Source: Pseudoflavonifractor sp. | GTDB taxonomy: Bacteria; Bacillota; Clostridia; Oscillospirales; Oscillospiraceae | Length of the DNA stretch: 64,000 bases | Assembly: GCA_034927965.1 (NCBI GenBank) | Contig: JAYFPI010000055.1 | Coordinates: 5,079 to 69,078, forward strand | Reading direction: 5' to 3' | In this document: piece after piece, positions 1 through 8,453 of the stretch | How positions within the stretch are numbered: the stretch's first letter is position 1 | Layout of the letters: each line of letters begins with the position of its first letter | Notes under the pieces: generated by a model | Databases searched by the model: none | What the model was told of the DNA's origin: nothing | The model's input: the letters and a program-made list of their open reading frames with translations, nothing else | Translations under genes and position numbers: made by a program

Positions 1-85
1 ACTGAGCCATGTTGGTGTAGCCCCGGCCACTGGGGAGAGCTACCCTTCCCTCGGTCATCTCGCCGCCGCAAAATGGACATTTCAT
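1..85 (-). CDS. Partial small protein with N-terminal CxxC (MKCPFCGGEMTEG...), runs off the window
   Basis: ATG at 85, directly after the pyrF stop; open frame to the window edge; MKCPxCGxEM start typical of small clostridial zinc-ribbon proteins. Confidence 0.6.
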   Translation of the reverse strand, partial: MKCPFCGGEMTEGRVALPSGRGYTNMAQ

Positions 86-88
86 AGC

Positions 89-1012
89 TTACAGCACCGT
101 GACATACTGCTTGATGTCGTCCCGCATAGACTCGGCGGCTGCCCGGGCGGCATCCTGGTAGTCCAGCCCGTCCCGGCCGGTCTTTTTCCAGGCGCACATG
201 ATGGAGCGGGAGGCGTTAACAATTGCCCCCCGGCCAAATTTGTCAAAAGCATGCTGTACATCCTGTGCGGTCCCGCCCTGAGCGCCGTAGCCCGGAACCA
301 GGAAGAAAGTGTGCTCCAGGCGCTTCCGAAGACTCCGCAGTTCAGAGGGGTAAGTGGCGCCGACCACAGCGCCAGCCCGGCTGTACCCATATTTGCCCAG
401 CTCGTCTTGCCCCAAGCGCTGTACCAAATCACCCATCACCTGATAGACCACCCGGTCTCCCGCCACCATGTCCTGAAGTTCGCCGGAACTGGGGTTGGAG
501 GTCTTGACCAGGGCAAAAAGACACTTGTTCTCTGCCTTGCAGGTGTTCAGAAAAGGCTCAATGGAGTCGGAGCCCATATAGCCGTTGATGGTGAGACAGT
601 CGGCGTCAAAGGCGGCGCAGTCGGACTGTCCCACTCGGGTTCTGCCAATCCACGCATCGCTGTACGCTTCGGCGGTGGAACCAATGTCGCCTCTCTTGAC
701 GTCGGCGATGACAAACAGCCCCTTTTCTCTGGCGTAATGAATCGTCTCATCCAGCATACGCATCCCCTGCCAGCCCATACGCTCATAGTAGGCGGACTGA
801 GGCTTGACGGCGGGGACAATATCGGCAAGTGCATCCATAAGACCCTTGTTAAATTGGAAAATGGCGTCAGCGGCCCCTTCCAAGGTCTCGCCATATCGGT
901 CCAGACTGGCGCTTAAGATGTGGGGAGGCACGTACTCCGGCTTGGGATCCAGCCCTACCACGGTGGGATTCTTTTTTTCCTTGATAAGGTCTTGGAGATG
1001 ATCAAAGGACAT
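89..1012 (-). CDS. pyrF: Orotidine-5'-phosphate decarboxylase
   Basis: VGLDP, DVKRGDIGST, LVPGYGAQGG and NASRSI motifs; follows pyrC. Confidence 0.95.
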   Translation of the reverse strand: MSFDHLQDLIKEKKNPTVVGLDPKPEYVPPHILSASLDRYGETLEGAADAIFQFNKGLMDALADIVPAVKPQSAYYERMGWQGMRMLDETIHYAREKGLFVIADVKRGDIGSTAEAYSDAWIGRTRVGQSDCAAFDADCLTINGYMGSDSIEPFLNTCKAENKCLFALVKTSNPSSGELQDMVAGDRVVYQVMGDLVQRLGQDELGKYGYSRAGAVVGATYPSELRSLRKRLEHTFFLVPGYGAQGGTAQDVQHAFDKFGRGAIVNASRSIMCAWKKTGRDGLDYQDAARAAAESMRDDIKQYVTVL

Positions 1013-2296
1013 TTACACTTCCTCCTTATAAATAATCTCGCCGCCCAGGATCGTATATTTCACTTTGCCCTTGAGCTGTTTCCCTGCAAAGGGGGTGTTC
1101 CTGGCCTGAGAGAGAAACTTTTCAGGATCTACCGTCCATGTTTCGTCAGGATCGAATATGACCAAGTCGGCATCCGAACCGATAGCCAGCCGCCCCTTGC
1201 CGGGCATCCGCAGGATACAGGCGGGGTTGACGGTCATCCGCCGCAGGATGTCGGACAGACTCATTATCCCGGTGTGGTAGAGGGCGGTGAGAGAGGCGGC
1301 AAGGGCGGTTTCCAGTCCAACCATGCCGCTGGGGGCCTCCGTGAGAGGGCGGGCCTTTTCTTCGGCGGAATGGGGGGCGTGATCGGTGGCAATGGCGTCA
1401 ATGGTTCCGTCTTTGAGTCCTTCAAGAATGCCTTCCACATCGGGGGGAGTACGCAGGGGGGGATTGACGCGGGCCAGCGCACCCTGCTGGAGGACTTCGT
1501 CCTCAGTGAAGGTAAAATACTGGGGGCAAGTCTCACAGGTAATGGCCACCCCTTTGCGCTTAAAGCGCCGGACGATGGCCACCGACTTAGCAGTGGAGAT
1601 GTGGCAAATGTGGAGGGCGGCCCCGGTCTCCTCAGCCAGCATCGCGTCCCGCATGACCTGCAGCTCCTCGGCAATGGCAGGGCGGCCCGGAATCCGCAGC
1701 TGCCGGGAGACCCGGCCTTCATTCACGGCAAAGTTTTGCACCATATTGGCATCCTCGCAGTGGGACAGGATCGTAAGTCCCTGGCGGTGGGCCAAAATCA
1801 TGGCGTCCCGGAGGAGGTTGGCGTTCTGTACCGGCACGCCGTCGTCAGATAAAGCCACGGCTCCGGCGGCCTTCAGTGCATCGTAGTCGGTGACCTCCTG
1901 TCCCTTCTGGCCTTTGGAGACAGCGGCGATGGGCCACACCTGGGCCCCGCCGGCCAAGGCAGCGCGTTCCAGAATAAAGGACACTCCTTCGGGGGTGTCG
2001 ATTGTGGGACGGGTGTTGGGCATACAGGCCACGGCGGTAAATCCACCGGCAGCTGCGGCCTTGGCACCTGAGGCAATGGTTTCCTTATACTCAAAGCCCG
2101 GCTCCCGTAAGTGGACGTGCATATCCACCAGCCCGGCACAGACGGTGAGCCCGCTGGCATTGATAACCCGGGCACTGGGCTCCCGAATATCGCTGCCAAT
2201 AACCGCCACTTTCCCGTTTTCGATGAGAATGTCCAGTACGCCGCCGATTCCCCCCACAGGATCTACTAGGCGGCCCTGGCGAATGAGTAGTTTCAC
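1013..2296 (-). CDS. pyrC: Dihydroorotase
   Basis: DMHVHLREPG, HCED and ATDHAPH motifs; GTG start at 2296 after GGAG RBS. Confidence 0.95.
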   Translation of the reverse strand: MKLLIRQGRLVDPVGGIGGVLDILIENGKVAVIGSDIREPSARVINASGLTVCAGLVDMHVHLREPGFEYKETIASGAKAAAAGGFTAVACMPNTRPTIDTPEGVSFILERAALAGGAQVWPIAAVSKGQKGQEVTDYDALKAAGAVALSDDGVPVQNANLLRDAMILAHRQGLTILSHCEDANMVQNFAVNEGRVSRQLRIPGRPAIAEELQVMRDAMLAEETGAALHICHISTAKSVAIVRRFKRKGVAITCETCPQYFTFTEDEVLQQGALARVNPPLRTPPDVEGILEGLKDGTIDAIATDHAPHSAEEKARPLTEAPSGMVGLETALAASLTALYHTGIMSLSDILRRMTVNPACILRMPGKGRLAIGSDADLVIFDPDETWTVDPEKFLSQARNTPFAGKQLKGKVKYTILGGEIIYKEEV

Positions 2297-2319
2297 GGCT
2301 CCACTCCTTCCTGTTTTCG

Positions 2320-2351
2320 AAAAAAGGGGCCGAGGCCTATGCCTCCGCCCC
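2320..2351 (-). terminator. Intrinsic terminator in the pyrC leader (putative attenuator)
   Basis: GGGGCGGAGGC-ATAG-GCCTCGGCCCC followed by T6, lying between the promoter and the pyrC RBS. Confidence 0.65.
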
Positions 2352-2371
2352 ATCTCAGACTTTCTTTTATT

Positions 2372-2400
2372 ATTATAAATGAGAACGCAATTTTTAGCAA
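2372..2400 (-). promoter_or_regulatory. sigmaA promoter of the pyrC-pyrF operon
   Basis: TTGCTA-N17-TATAAT. Confidence 0.65.
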
Positions 2401-2473
2401 CGTTTTTTTCCCCGTTTGGGCAATAATAAAAGCGGGAGCGAGGCTCACCAACAGAAAGAGAGAGGTGGAAAAA

Positions 2474-2644
2474 ATGAAAGAACACGAATTTGCCAAGGGA
2501 ATTGGTCTGGGCGTTTTGGCGGGTGCAGCCATGGGCGCGGCAATAGCCCCTAGGAAAAAGACCCCCATGCGCAAAGCGGCCGGAAAGGCCATGAAGACAG
2601 TGGGGCAGGTCATGGAAAATCTGTCCGACGACATGGGCTTTTGA
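2474..2644 (+). CDS. Small 56-aa membrane-anchored protein (YtxH-like N-terminus)
   Basis: GAGGTG RBS; hydrophobic GIGLGVLAGAAMGAAIAP followed by basic residues; terminator hairpin at ~2649-2694. Confidence 0.75.
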   Translation: MKEHEFAKGIGLGVLAGAAMGAAIAPRKKTPMRKAAGKAMKTVGQVMENLSDDMGF

Positions 2645-2704
2645 CGGAAGAGCGGGACGCGGTCCGGATTCGGATCGCGTCCCGCTCTTTTTTTAAGAAG
2701 AGAA

Positions 2705-2868
2705 CAAAAAAGGGACGGCCGAAGCCGCCCGAATCATAACGCGCCGTCTGGCGCGGAGATTTTGGTCTGTACCCCCGCGAACGGCTTCTGCCGCCCGCGG
2801 GGGACAGTGTTTGAGAGAGAAAGAGAAAGAGAGAGGAGGTTTTGGTATTTTGTTCTGTCTGTCCTGAC
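2705..2868 (-). ncRNA. Candidate small RNA with CU-rich anti-Shine-Dalgarno tract
   Basis: Extended -10 TGTGGTATTCT; ACCTCCTCTCTCTTTCTCTTTCTCTCTC tract; GC hairpin; terminator GGGCGGC-TTCG-GCCGTCCC-T6; no credible ORF. Confidence 0.5.
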
Positions 2869-2942
2869 GAGTATAGAATACCACACGGGGAGAGGAAGTG
2901 ATGTACAGTTTTGGAATTTCCCGTGAATAATTTATGAACGAT

Positions 2943-3375
2943 TCAAGAGGGGCTGCTCCGAAGCTGATAAAGAGAGGAGAGCACCCGCCAATTTTGAGGA
3001 AAAGGCCGCATCAGATTCCAGTAGCCGGCGCCGATCAGCCCATATTCCGGGATAAGAGCCAGTTTGGCCTGAATGCTTCTGGCGTCTTCAAACCAGACCT
3101 CGTGTTTGCCGCCTGATTCGTCGGTATAGCCGAACCAGGGTGACTGAGAGGCGTCGTCATAGGCGATTTCTGCGCTGTACCGCAGGGCCAAGGCCACGGC
3201 CTGCTGGCTGGAAATGGAGGTTGCCTTTGTTTTGCCTTGAATAAAAGGAAGGGGCCAGTCGTAGCCGTAGTTGGGAACGCCCAGCCAGATTTTTTCGGCG
3301 GGGATGGCTGTGAGGGCGTATTCCACCACCCGGCGTACGTTTGGAAGAGGGGCCACGGCCATGGGCGGCCCATAA
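2943..3375 (-). CDS. 3' half of a split spore LysM-GH18 hydrolase (YaaH/SleL/YdhD family)
   Basis: Frame reads YGPPMAVAPLPNVRRVVEYA...KIWLGVPNYGYDW...HEVWFEDARS...GAGYW, the C-terminal GH18 barrel; it begins exactly at the GTATA core and has no RBS. Confidence 0.92.
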
Positions 3376-3402
3376 GTATATAATTATATAAGCCTATGGC
3401 AA
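3376..3402. repeat. Recombinase-proximal att site (core GTATA plus element arm ATATAAGC-nnn-TGGCAA)
   Basis: Core at 3376-3380; arm motifs at 3386-3393 and 3397-3402 are the inverted complement of 8835-8842 and 8826-8831. Confidence 0.85.
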
Positions 3403-5007
3403 TCAGCGCAAAGAAGCCGGAACCGCTTCTATTTTTGGGAAGAGGAAGACTTGCAGGTCGCTCTCTTTCCACATGCCGCCCTGTGCCTTTAAGTAGACTA
3501 CTTTATTTAGGACCTCTTTTAAAAGCGCATTTTTCGCGGCGACATCTGTTAACTCTGGGTACGTGTTGAGAACATGTTCAACCTTTGGGATGATCTCAAA
3601 GCGATTTCTTTGGAGTATCTTCCCAGAATTTGCCCGCAGCCTGGCGGCATCCAGCGCTGCCTGGGTCTCTGATATTTTGTCCGCGATTACCTTCGATCGC
3701 TCCATAAACAACTCCGTGGAGTAGATGCCATTTTCCAGAAGACCATAGAGATTGTTCCGCTGCTTTTCCAGGGCGGCCAGTGCCTGCTCCAGATGCGTGA
3801 CATCATTCTGAGCGGACTGAACGCTTTTGCACTCGGCTGCAGGAAGTTTGGACATCTTGACCTTATATTCTGCAAGCCAGTTCCTCAGTGCATCCAGCAC
3901 GGCCTCCTCCACGGTTTCCAGTGTTGAGCTCATGCAGTCACAGTCCTTGTTCGGGCACATGAGAGTTTCCCGCCCATGCTGGAATTTCCTGCGTTCCATA
4001 CTGCGCCCACATTTTGAGCAGTATACCAACCCCGCCAGGGGGTTTCGTATTCTGGAACTTTTCGGCACCGGCGGGTTGGATCGGCTGTTTAAGACGTGCT
4101 GGGCTTTGGCCCAGGTCTCCTCGTCCAAAATCGGCTCGTGAATCCCGTCGCACAGCGGAACCTCTCCATTGATCGGCCGGGTTGTCACTCTGCGCCCATT
4201 TACCATCAGTTTGACCGTTGGCCTGTGGCTCCATCGGATCTTCCCGATGTAGGTCGGGTTTTGGATGATTCCCTTTACGGTGCATGGCGGCCACTTTCCG
4301 CCGGTAGGGGACGGAATCCCCATTCTGTCCAGTTTTTTTGCAATGGAGTAGCATCCAAGCGGGACGGTAGATCCATCCGCATTGACCTCCCCATATACAT
4401 ACCAGTTAAATATTTCCTTTACAAGTTCGGCTTGTTCTGGAATGACACGGAGAGACCAGCCTTTTTGTTTCGGAAGCTTATAGCGTTCGTATCCATAGCA
4501 GGCTTTCCCGGCAATAAACTTCCCCTCTCGCAGCGAGGCCTCCCGGCCTCGCTGGAGCCGCCGGTTAATTGTTCGATATTCCATACGGGAGCGGAAGAGG
4601 CCAAATTCGAAAAACTCCTCGTCAAACTCATCCGAGGGATCATAGATTTTAAAGGGAGTGACAATCTTTGTGTCCGAATATTTGAACGTGTCCGCCACCA
4701 GACCCTGGTCGCTTGTATTGCCGCGGGCCAGACGCTCCACCTCCATGCAGAGGACGCCTTTCCAGCGGCCCGACTCCACATCCGTAAGCAGCTTTTGGAC
4801 CTCCGGCCGTGCGTCGATGGTCTCGCCGCTGACTACCTCCTGATAGATCTGGGTGATAACAATGCCCATCTGTTTGGCCAGGTCAAAAAGTGCCCTCCGA
4901 TGCCTTGCCAGGGTATCTCCCTCTCCCCTCGCCTCCGCCTCCATGTCCAGGCGGGACTTGCGGAGATACATGCAATATTCGGCGGATTGGTTGACGATGT
5001 ATGGCAT
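3403..5007 (-). CDS. Large serine recombinase (integrase; SpoIVCA/CisA-like architecture)
   Basis: YLRKS catalytic motif, VSG..RP and ERLAR; recombinase domain; zinc ribbon CSKC...C..C; coiled coil; stop codon 22 bp from the att core. Confidence 0.95.
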   Translation of the reverse strand: MPYIVNQSAEYCMYLRKSRLDMEAEARGEGDTLARHRRALFDLAKQMGIVITQIYQEVVSGETIDARPEVQKLLTDVESGRWKGVLCMEVERLARGNTSDQGLVADTFKYSDTKIVTPFKIYDPSDEFDEEFFEFGLFRSRMEYRTINRRLQRGREASLREGKFIAGKACYGYERYKLPKQKGWSLRVIPEQAELVKEIFNWYVYGEVNADGSTVPLGCYSIAKKLDRMGIPSPTGGKWPPCTVKGIIQNPTYIGKIRWSHRPTVKLMVNGRRVTTRPINGEVPLCDGIHEPILDEETWAKAQHVLNSRSNPPVPKSSRIRNPLAGLVYCSKCGRSMERRKFQHGRETLMCPNKDCDCMSSTLETVEEAVLDALRNWLAEYKVKMSKLPAAECKSVQSAQNDVTHLEQALAALEKQRNNLYGLLENGIYSTELFMERSKVIADKISETQAALDAARLRANSGKILQRNRFEIIPKVEHVLNTYPELTDVAAKNALLKEVLNKVVYLKAQGGMWKESDLQVFLFPKIEAVPASLR

Positions 5008-5021
5008 GATGCTACCTCACT

Positions 5022-5696
5022 CTACCCTCCGGCACATTTTTTGCATGGGGTAAGACCCATAGATTTTGCCTTTTCTAACGTGGATTCGTAATAGGTTCCA
5101 TTTCCGCAATTTGGATCGTAGTGGTACCGCTTCCCAGTGGCAGTGACATACACCGTCCTGCTGTTGTTTGTGGAAGAAGACGCAGAAGACCCGCCGCCAC
5201 CGGAAGATCCGCTGGAAGAAGTAGCAGCAGAGCTCCCTGATGATGCCAATGGCGATTCAGCCTTTTGCGATGGAGCGGGTTCCGGCGTGGGAGTAGGCGC
5301 GGGTGTCGGTGTCGGCGCAGGTGTTTGGATCGGTGTCGGCGTAGGTGTTGGGATCGGTGTTGGGGTAATCGTAGGGGCCGGAGTAGGTGTGTGAGATGGG
5401 GCAGCAGATGCAATTATCTCCATGGATGGCCCTTTGCTCTGAATAGTCGGCTGCGTTGACGATATCGTTGGAGCCATGCCAACGGCGGCAAAAAACAGGA
5501 TTACCATAATTACTGTTTTGATCCGGCCCTTCAGCTTGGCTTTTTTGGTTAGAAAATCTTGAAGCCGAGGAATCGGAGCGGCAAATATCACAAAAAGAAA
5601 CATCAGAAAACTGGCGGCAGACGGGAAAAAGACGAGTCCGCTTGCAAACATAAATATGGACAGAATCAAACCCGCGACGGTAGGAAACTTTTTCAT
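5022..5696 (-). CDS. Membrane-anchored protein with Pro/Thr and Ser linker and C-terminal Cys/His metal-binding domain
   Basis: N-terminal TM segments, (PT)n repeat, VYVTATGKRYH...C...GLTPCKKC; integrase-adjacent prophage gene type. Confidence 0.8.
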   Translation of the reverse strand: MKKFPTVAGLILSIFMFASGLVFFPSAASFLMFLFVIFAAPIPRLQDFLTKKAKLKGRIKTVIMVILFFAAVGMAPTISSTQPTIQSKGPSMEIIASAAPSHTPTPAPTITPTPIPTPTPTPIQTPAPTPTPAPTPTPEPAPSQKAESPLASSGSSAATSSSGSSGGGGSSASSSTNNSRTVYVTATGKRYHYDPNCGNGTYYESTLEKAKSMGLTPCKKCAGG

Positions 5697-5988
5697 TTAT
5701 ATGCCTTCTTTATCATAAAAAATCCTTTTCAAATACTATGAGAGCGATTTTAAATCAAACTCTAGCATATCACACCAAAATTGGAGGAACAAGCCTAAAA
5801 GGGAGGAGCTTGTGAACAAGACTAGAATGCAGCGGGAAATGTGGATACGGATGGCCATTGTCACCGACGGAAGGTTTGCTGACGAGGAACTTCAATGGGC
5901 ATAGCAAAGCCGCCTGGCGCTTCGGTATGCCAAGACGGCGGAATGAGACAGGCCATGAAATCAATAGTCTGGACCGGAGGTGTTTACA

Positions 5989-6198
5989 GTGGCGTATGAA
6001 TTTAAGTTCCCGTTTGAGCCGCCATGGGGAGACCTAAAACTGCAAGGCACTACATCGACCGGGGCCAGATTTTATGTTTTCGATTCCTGCGTGGAGACGG
6101 ACCCTGAAAAGCGTGCGGAGATTGATAGGAGAGTCGGCTTGGTCCTGGCGCGCGCGGAACGCCAAAAATTTTTACAATCTCTGGACGCGAATGCATAA
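5989..6198 (+). CDS. Small hypothetical element protein (69 aa), candidate recombination directionality factor
   Basis: GGAGGTG RBS, GTG start, downstream hairpin at ~6204-6228; the function is inference only. Confidence 0.6.
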   Translation: MAYEFKFPFEPPWGDLKLQGTTSTGARFYVFDSCVETDPEKRAEIDRRVGLVLARAERQKFLQSLDANA

Positions 6199-6335
6199 GA
6201 AATCCGCCCGCTGGACGACTGCGGGCGGCCAAAAGAGGGACAAGCATAAATGAGCTTGCCTTATTACATGAAAAAGATAAAAAAACACCGCCTCGGTGTT
6301 GGAACACCGAAGGCGGCAAAAGAAAACCGCCCGGC

Positions 6336-6518
6336 TTAGCGGGCGGAATTTTCCAAACGAGAGACGATTTCCTGAAGGGATTCAGGACTTGCAGACGCGA
6401 CCTGAAGAAGAATGCTTTGTTTTTGCTGGGGTGTACTGTTTTCGTATGCGGCATCCGCTTTTTGGTTTTTATGCAACAACAATCCGAAGGCATATGCATT
6501 GGCCATGTCATTGGTCAT
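6336..6518 (-). CDS. Small hypothetical protein (60 aa), element cargo
   Basis: GGAGGTG RBS; own promoter; similar to 6878-7057. Confidence 0.75.
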   Translation of the reverse strand: MTNDMANAYAFGLLLHKNQKADAAYENSTPQQKQSILLQVASASPESLQEIVSRLENSAR

Positions 6519-6536
6519 AACCGTTCACCTCCGCAA

Positions 6537-6565
6537 GAGTATATGCCAAAGAAGAACAAATATAC
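6537..6565 (-). promoter_or_regulatory. sigmaF/sigmaG-like promoter
   Basis: GTATA-N15-CATATACTC. Confidence 0.55.
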
Positions 6566-6601
6566 AGTGGATGTCTAATTGACTTTTCGAACTTGCAGGG
6601 A

Positions 6602-6775
6602 TTAGCTTTTTCCTTCTTCGTTTATCTCGCCCATGCTGCCGTTGTTATAGTAATCTCCAAACTTAGTGAGCATACCAAGGGAACAAATGTCAATATCGGA
6701 CTGGTTGATTAAGGCCTGAATCTCTTTCGGCAAAGTATTCCAGTATTCTTCCATCTTTGGATCTTTATATTTCAT
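6602..6775 (-). CDS. Small hypothetical protein (~57 aa), element cargo
   Basis: GGTG RBS before MKYKDP; YWNTLPKEIQALI motif; own promoter. Confidence 0.7.
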   Translation of the reverse strand: MKYKDPKMEEYWNTLPKEIQALINQSDIDICSLGMLTKFGDYYNNGSMGEINEEGKS

Positions 6776-6793
6776 AATTTTCATCACCGGATA

Positions 6794-6822
6794 TAGTTTT
6801 TCCGAGTTCTAAGTTTTTATGT
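6794..6822 (-). promoter_or_regulatory. sigmaF/sigmaG-like promoter
   Basis: ACATA-N15-GAAAAACTA. Confidence 0.55.
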
Positions 6823-6877
6823 TGAGAAGAGCCAAATGAAAGCATAAAAAAGCAGCCCCTGAAAGGGGCCGCAGAGG

Positions 6878-7057
6878 TTATTGCGTTTTCAGCGTATCAA
6901 CAAAGGCATTCATCTCTTGCTTCGAGCTGATGCCATGGGTTTTGTCAATCAGGCGCTGCCGCTCTGCGAGAGGAAGAGATTCGAAATACCCGGAGGCATC
7001 CTGATTCTGAAGCAGCGCCATACCGAAACCCATCGGCAATTCCTGAAGATATTCCAC
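6878..7057 (-). CDS. Small hypothetical protein (59 aa), element cargo
   Basis: GAGGTGG RBS, GTG start; LPMGFGMALLQN..A..YFESLP; terminator at ~6846-6872. Confidence 0.8.
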   Translation of the reverse strand: MEYLQELPMGFGMALLQNQDASGYFESLPLAERQRLIDKTHGISSKQEMNAFVDTLKTQ

Positions 7058-7074
7058 ATTTACCACCTCGGCTA

Positions 7075-7103
7075 TAGTGTGCCCATCATTTTGAAAGTCA
7101 TGA
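7075..7103 (-). promoter_or_regulatory. sigmaF/sigmaG-like promoter
   Basis: TCATG-N15-GGCACACTA. Confidence 0.6.
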
Positions 7104-7434
7104 CAAAACAGAAAGAGGAGAAGAAAACAGAGATTATTGATGAAAAAGGCCTGGTCAGGGCGCTGAAGAGGGCATTACTTGTCTGGCCATGCTGACACCC
7201 TGGAAGGGGATCAATGCCAAGCTTGCATATAATGGAGTAGCACTGGGTGACCTGAGGCCGGACGGCTTGTATGACATGGGTGCGGAAACCGCCTTAACGC
7301 TGGACAGCGTCGGCAACTCCCAGTGCGACTTCGGCGGCGGGCAGAGCATCTACTCGAACCGAAGGGTTAACAATTATATGTGCATCTGGCTCAAGAAAGA
7401 TAGCCAGAGTGATGACAATAAGGAGGAAACCCCT

Positions 7435-8160
7435 GTGAGTAATACCGTATGCCTTGACCCAGGGCATGGCCCTGACACGGTGAATGGATCCCCGGATGGG
7501 AGCTACAAAGAGAAAGAATTCACGTGGGATATGTGCAGACGCCTCCGGCCCCTTTTAGAGGCTCAGGGCATGGAGGTAATTGTTACCCGCACTGAGGACG
7601 AAAAGCCTAGCCTGACAGTCAGGGCAGATGTCAGCAATAAGGCCGGGGCGGAGCTGTTTGTCAGCCTGCACTCCAATGCCAGTGAAAGCGGGTGGACCAC
7701 ATCCAGCGGGTTTGTCATCTACACTTCTGCTGCCGGTGATACTGCCGGAAGGAACAAGGCGGCGAGTGCCATCCTGGCACGGATGAAAGAAGCTGGCGTT
7801 GCGATTTTTGGAAGTGGCCTGCAGCACAATCCAGAGTATACCGTCCTGACGGCCACCACCGCTCCGGCGATGATCGTGGAATATGGTTTCCACACGAACA
7901 AAAGCGACGTTGCCCTGCTGAAAGACAGTGCCTACCGTGACAAGCTGGCTGTTGCCACCGCAAAGGGCATCTGTGACTACCTGGGCGTGGCGTACAAGGA
8001 CGCTCCGATGGAGGAGGCACCTGTGGACGATCCTACCGATTGGGCCGCTGCGGCGTGGCTGAAGGTCAAGGACAAAGGAGTCATGGACGGCACCCGGCCC
8101 ACGGACGGCATTACCCGGCAGGAGCTTGCTGTGGTGCTGGATAGACTGGGGTTGATTTGA
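7435..8160 (+). CDS. Phage endolysin, N-acetylmuramoyl-L-alanine amidase (Amidase_3) with C-terminal SLH-like motif
   Basis: LDPGHG..E, SLHSNA and VEYGF motifs; AAGGAGG RBS before GTG 7435; C-terminal GVMDGTRP..ITRQE. Confidence 0.88.
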   Translation: MSNTVCLDPGHGPDTVNGSPDGSYKEKEFTWDMCRRLRPLLEAQGMEVIVTRTEDEKPSLTVRADVSNKAGAELFVSLHSNASESGWTTSSGFVIYTSAAGDTAGRNKAASAILARMKEAGVAIFGSGLQHNPEYTVLTATTAPAMIVEYGFHTNKSDVALLKDSAYRDKLAVATAKGICDYLGVAYKDAPMEEAPVDDPTDWAAAAWLKVKDKGVMDGTRPTDGITRQELAVVLDRLGLI

Positions 8161-8179
8161 AAGGAAGGTGCTGCTTATT

Positions 8180-8449
8180 ATGGACTTTGGAATTGCAACC
8201 GTGGCGGCAATCACCGCTATTTGTTACCTGGTAGGGCTGATTGTCAAAGCGACACCATTCAATAATGACAAGTATATCCCCATTGCCTGTGGTTTTGCTG
8301 GCGGCCTGATGGGTATCCTGGCTTTGTATACCGGTCTGCCTGACTTCCCGGCCCAGGACCCAATTACAGCCATTGCCGTGGGCGTCGTGAGCGGTCTGGC
8401 CGCTACCGGGATCAATCAGGTGGCAAAGCAGCTAAGCAAGGGAGAGTGA
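8180..8449 (+). CDS. Phage holin
   Basis: 89 aa, about three TM segments, KYIP and GVVSGLAATGINQ motifs; follows the endolysin. Confidence 0.85.
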   Translation: MDFGIATVAAITAICYLVGLIVKATPFNNDKYIPIACGFAGGLMGILALYTGLPDFPAQDPITAIAVGVVSGLAATGINQVAKQLSKGE

Positions 8450-8453
8450 GGCC

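Noticed and set aside
1013-2485. 490-aa extended PyrC
   Set aside because: The extension runs through the promoter and leader; family similarity and the RBS point to GTG 2296
2943-3362. 139-aa ORF as an independent gene, and 8790-9704 as a complete gene
   Set aside because: The first has no RBS and both are complementary halves of one GH18 domain joined at GTATA
5270-5395. Short tandem repeats resembling an array
   Set aside because: They encode the (PT)n linker of the 5022-5696 protein; there is no repeat-spacer structure, and no CRISPR array or cas genes were seen in the window
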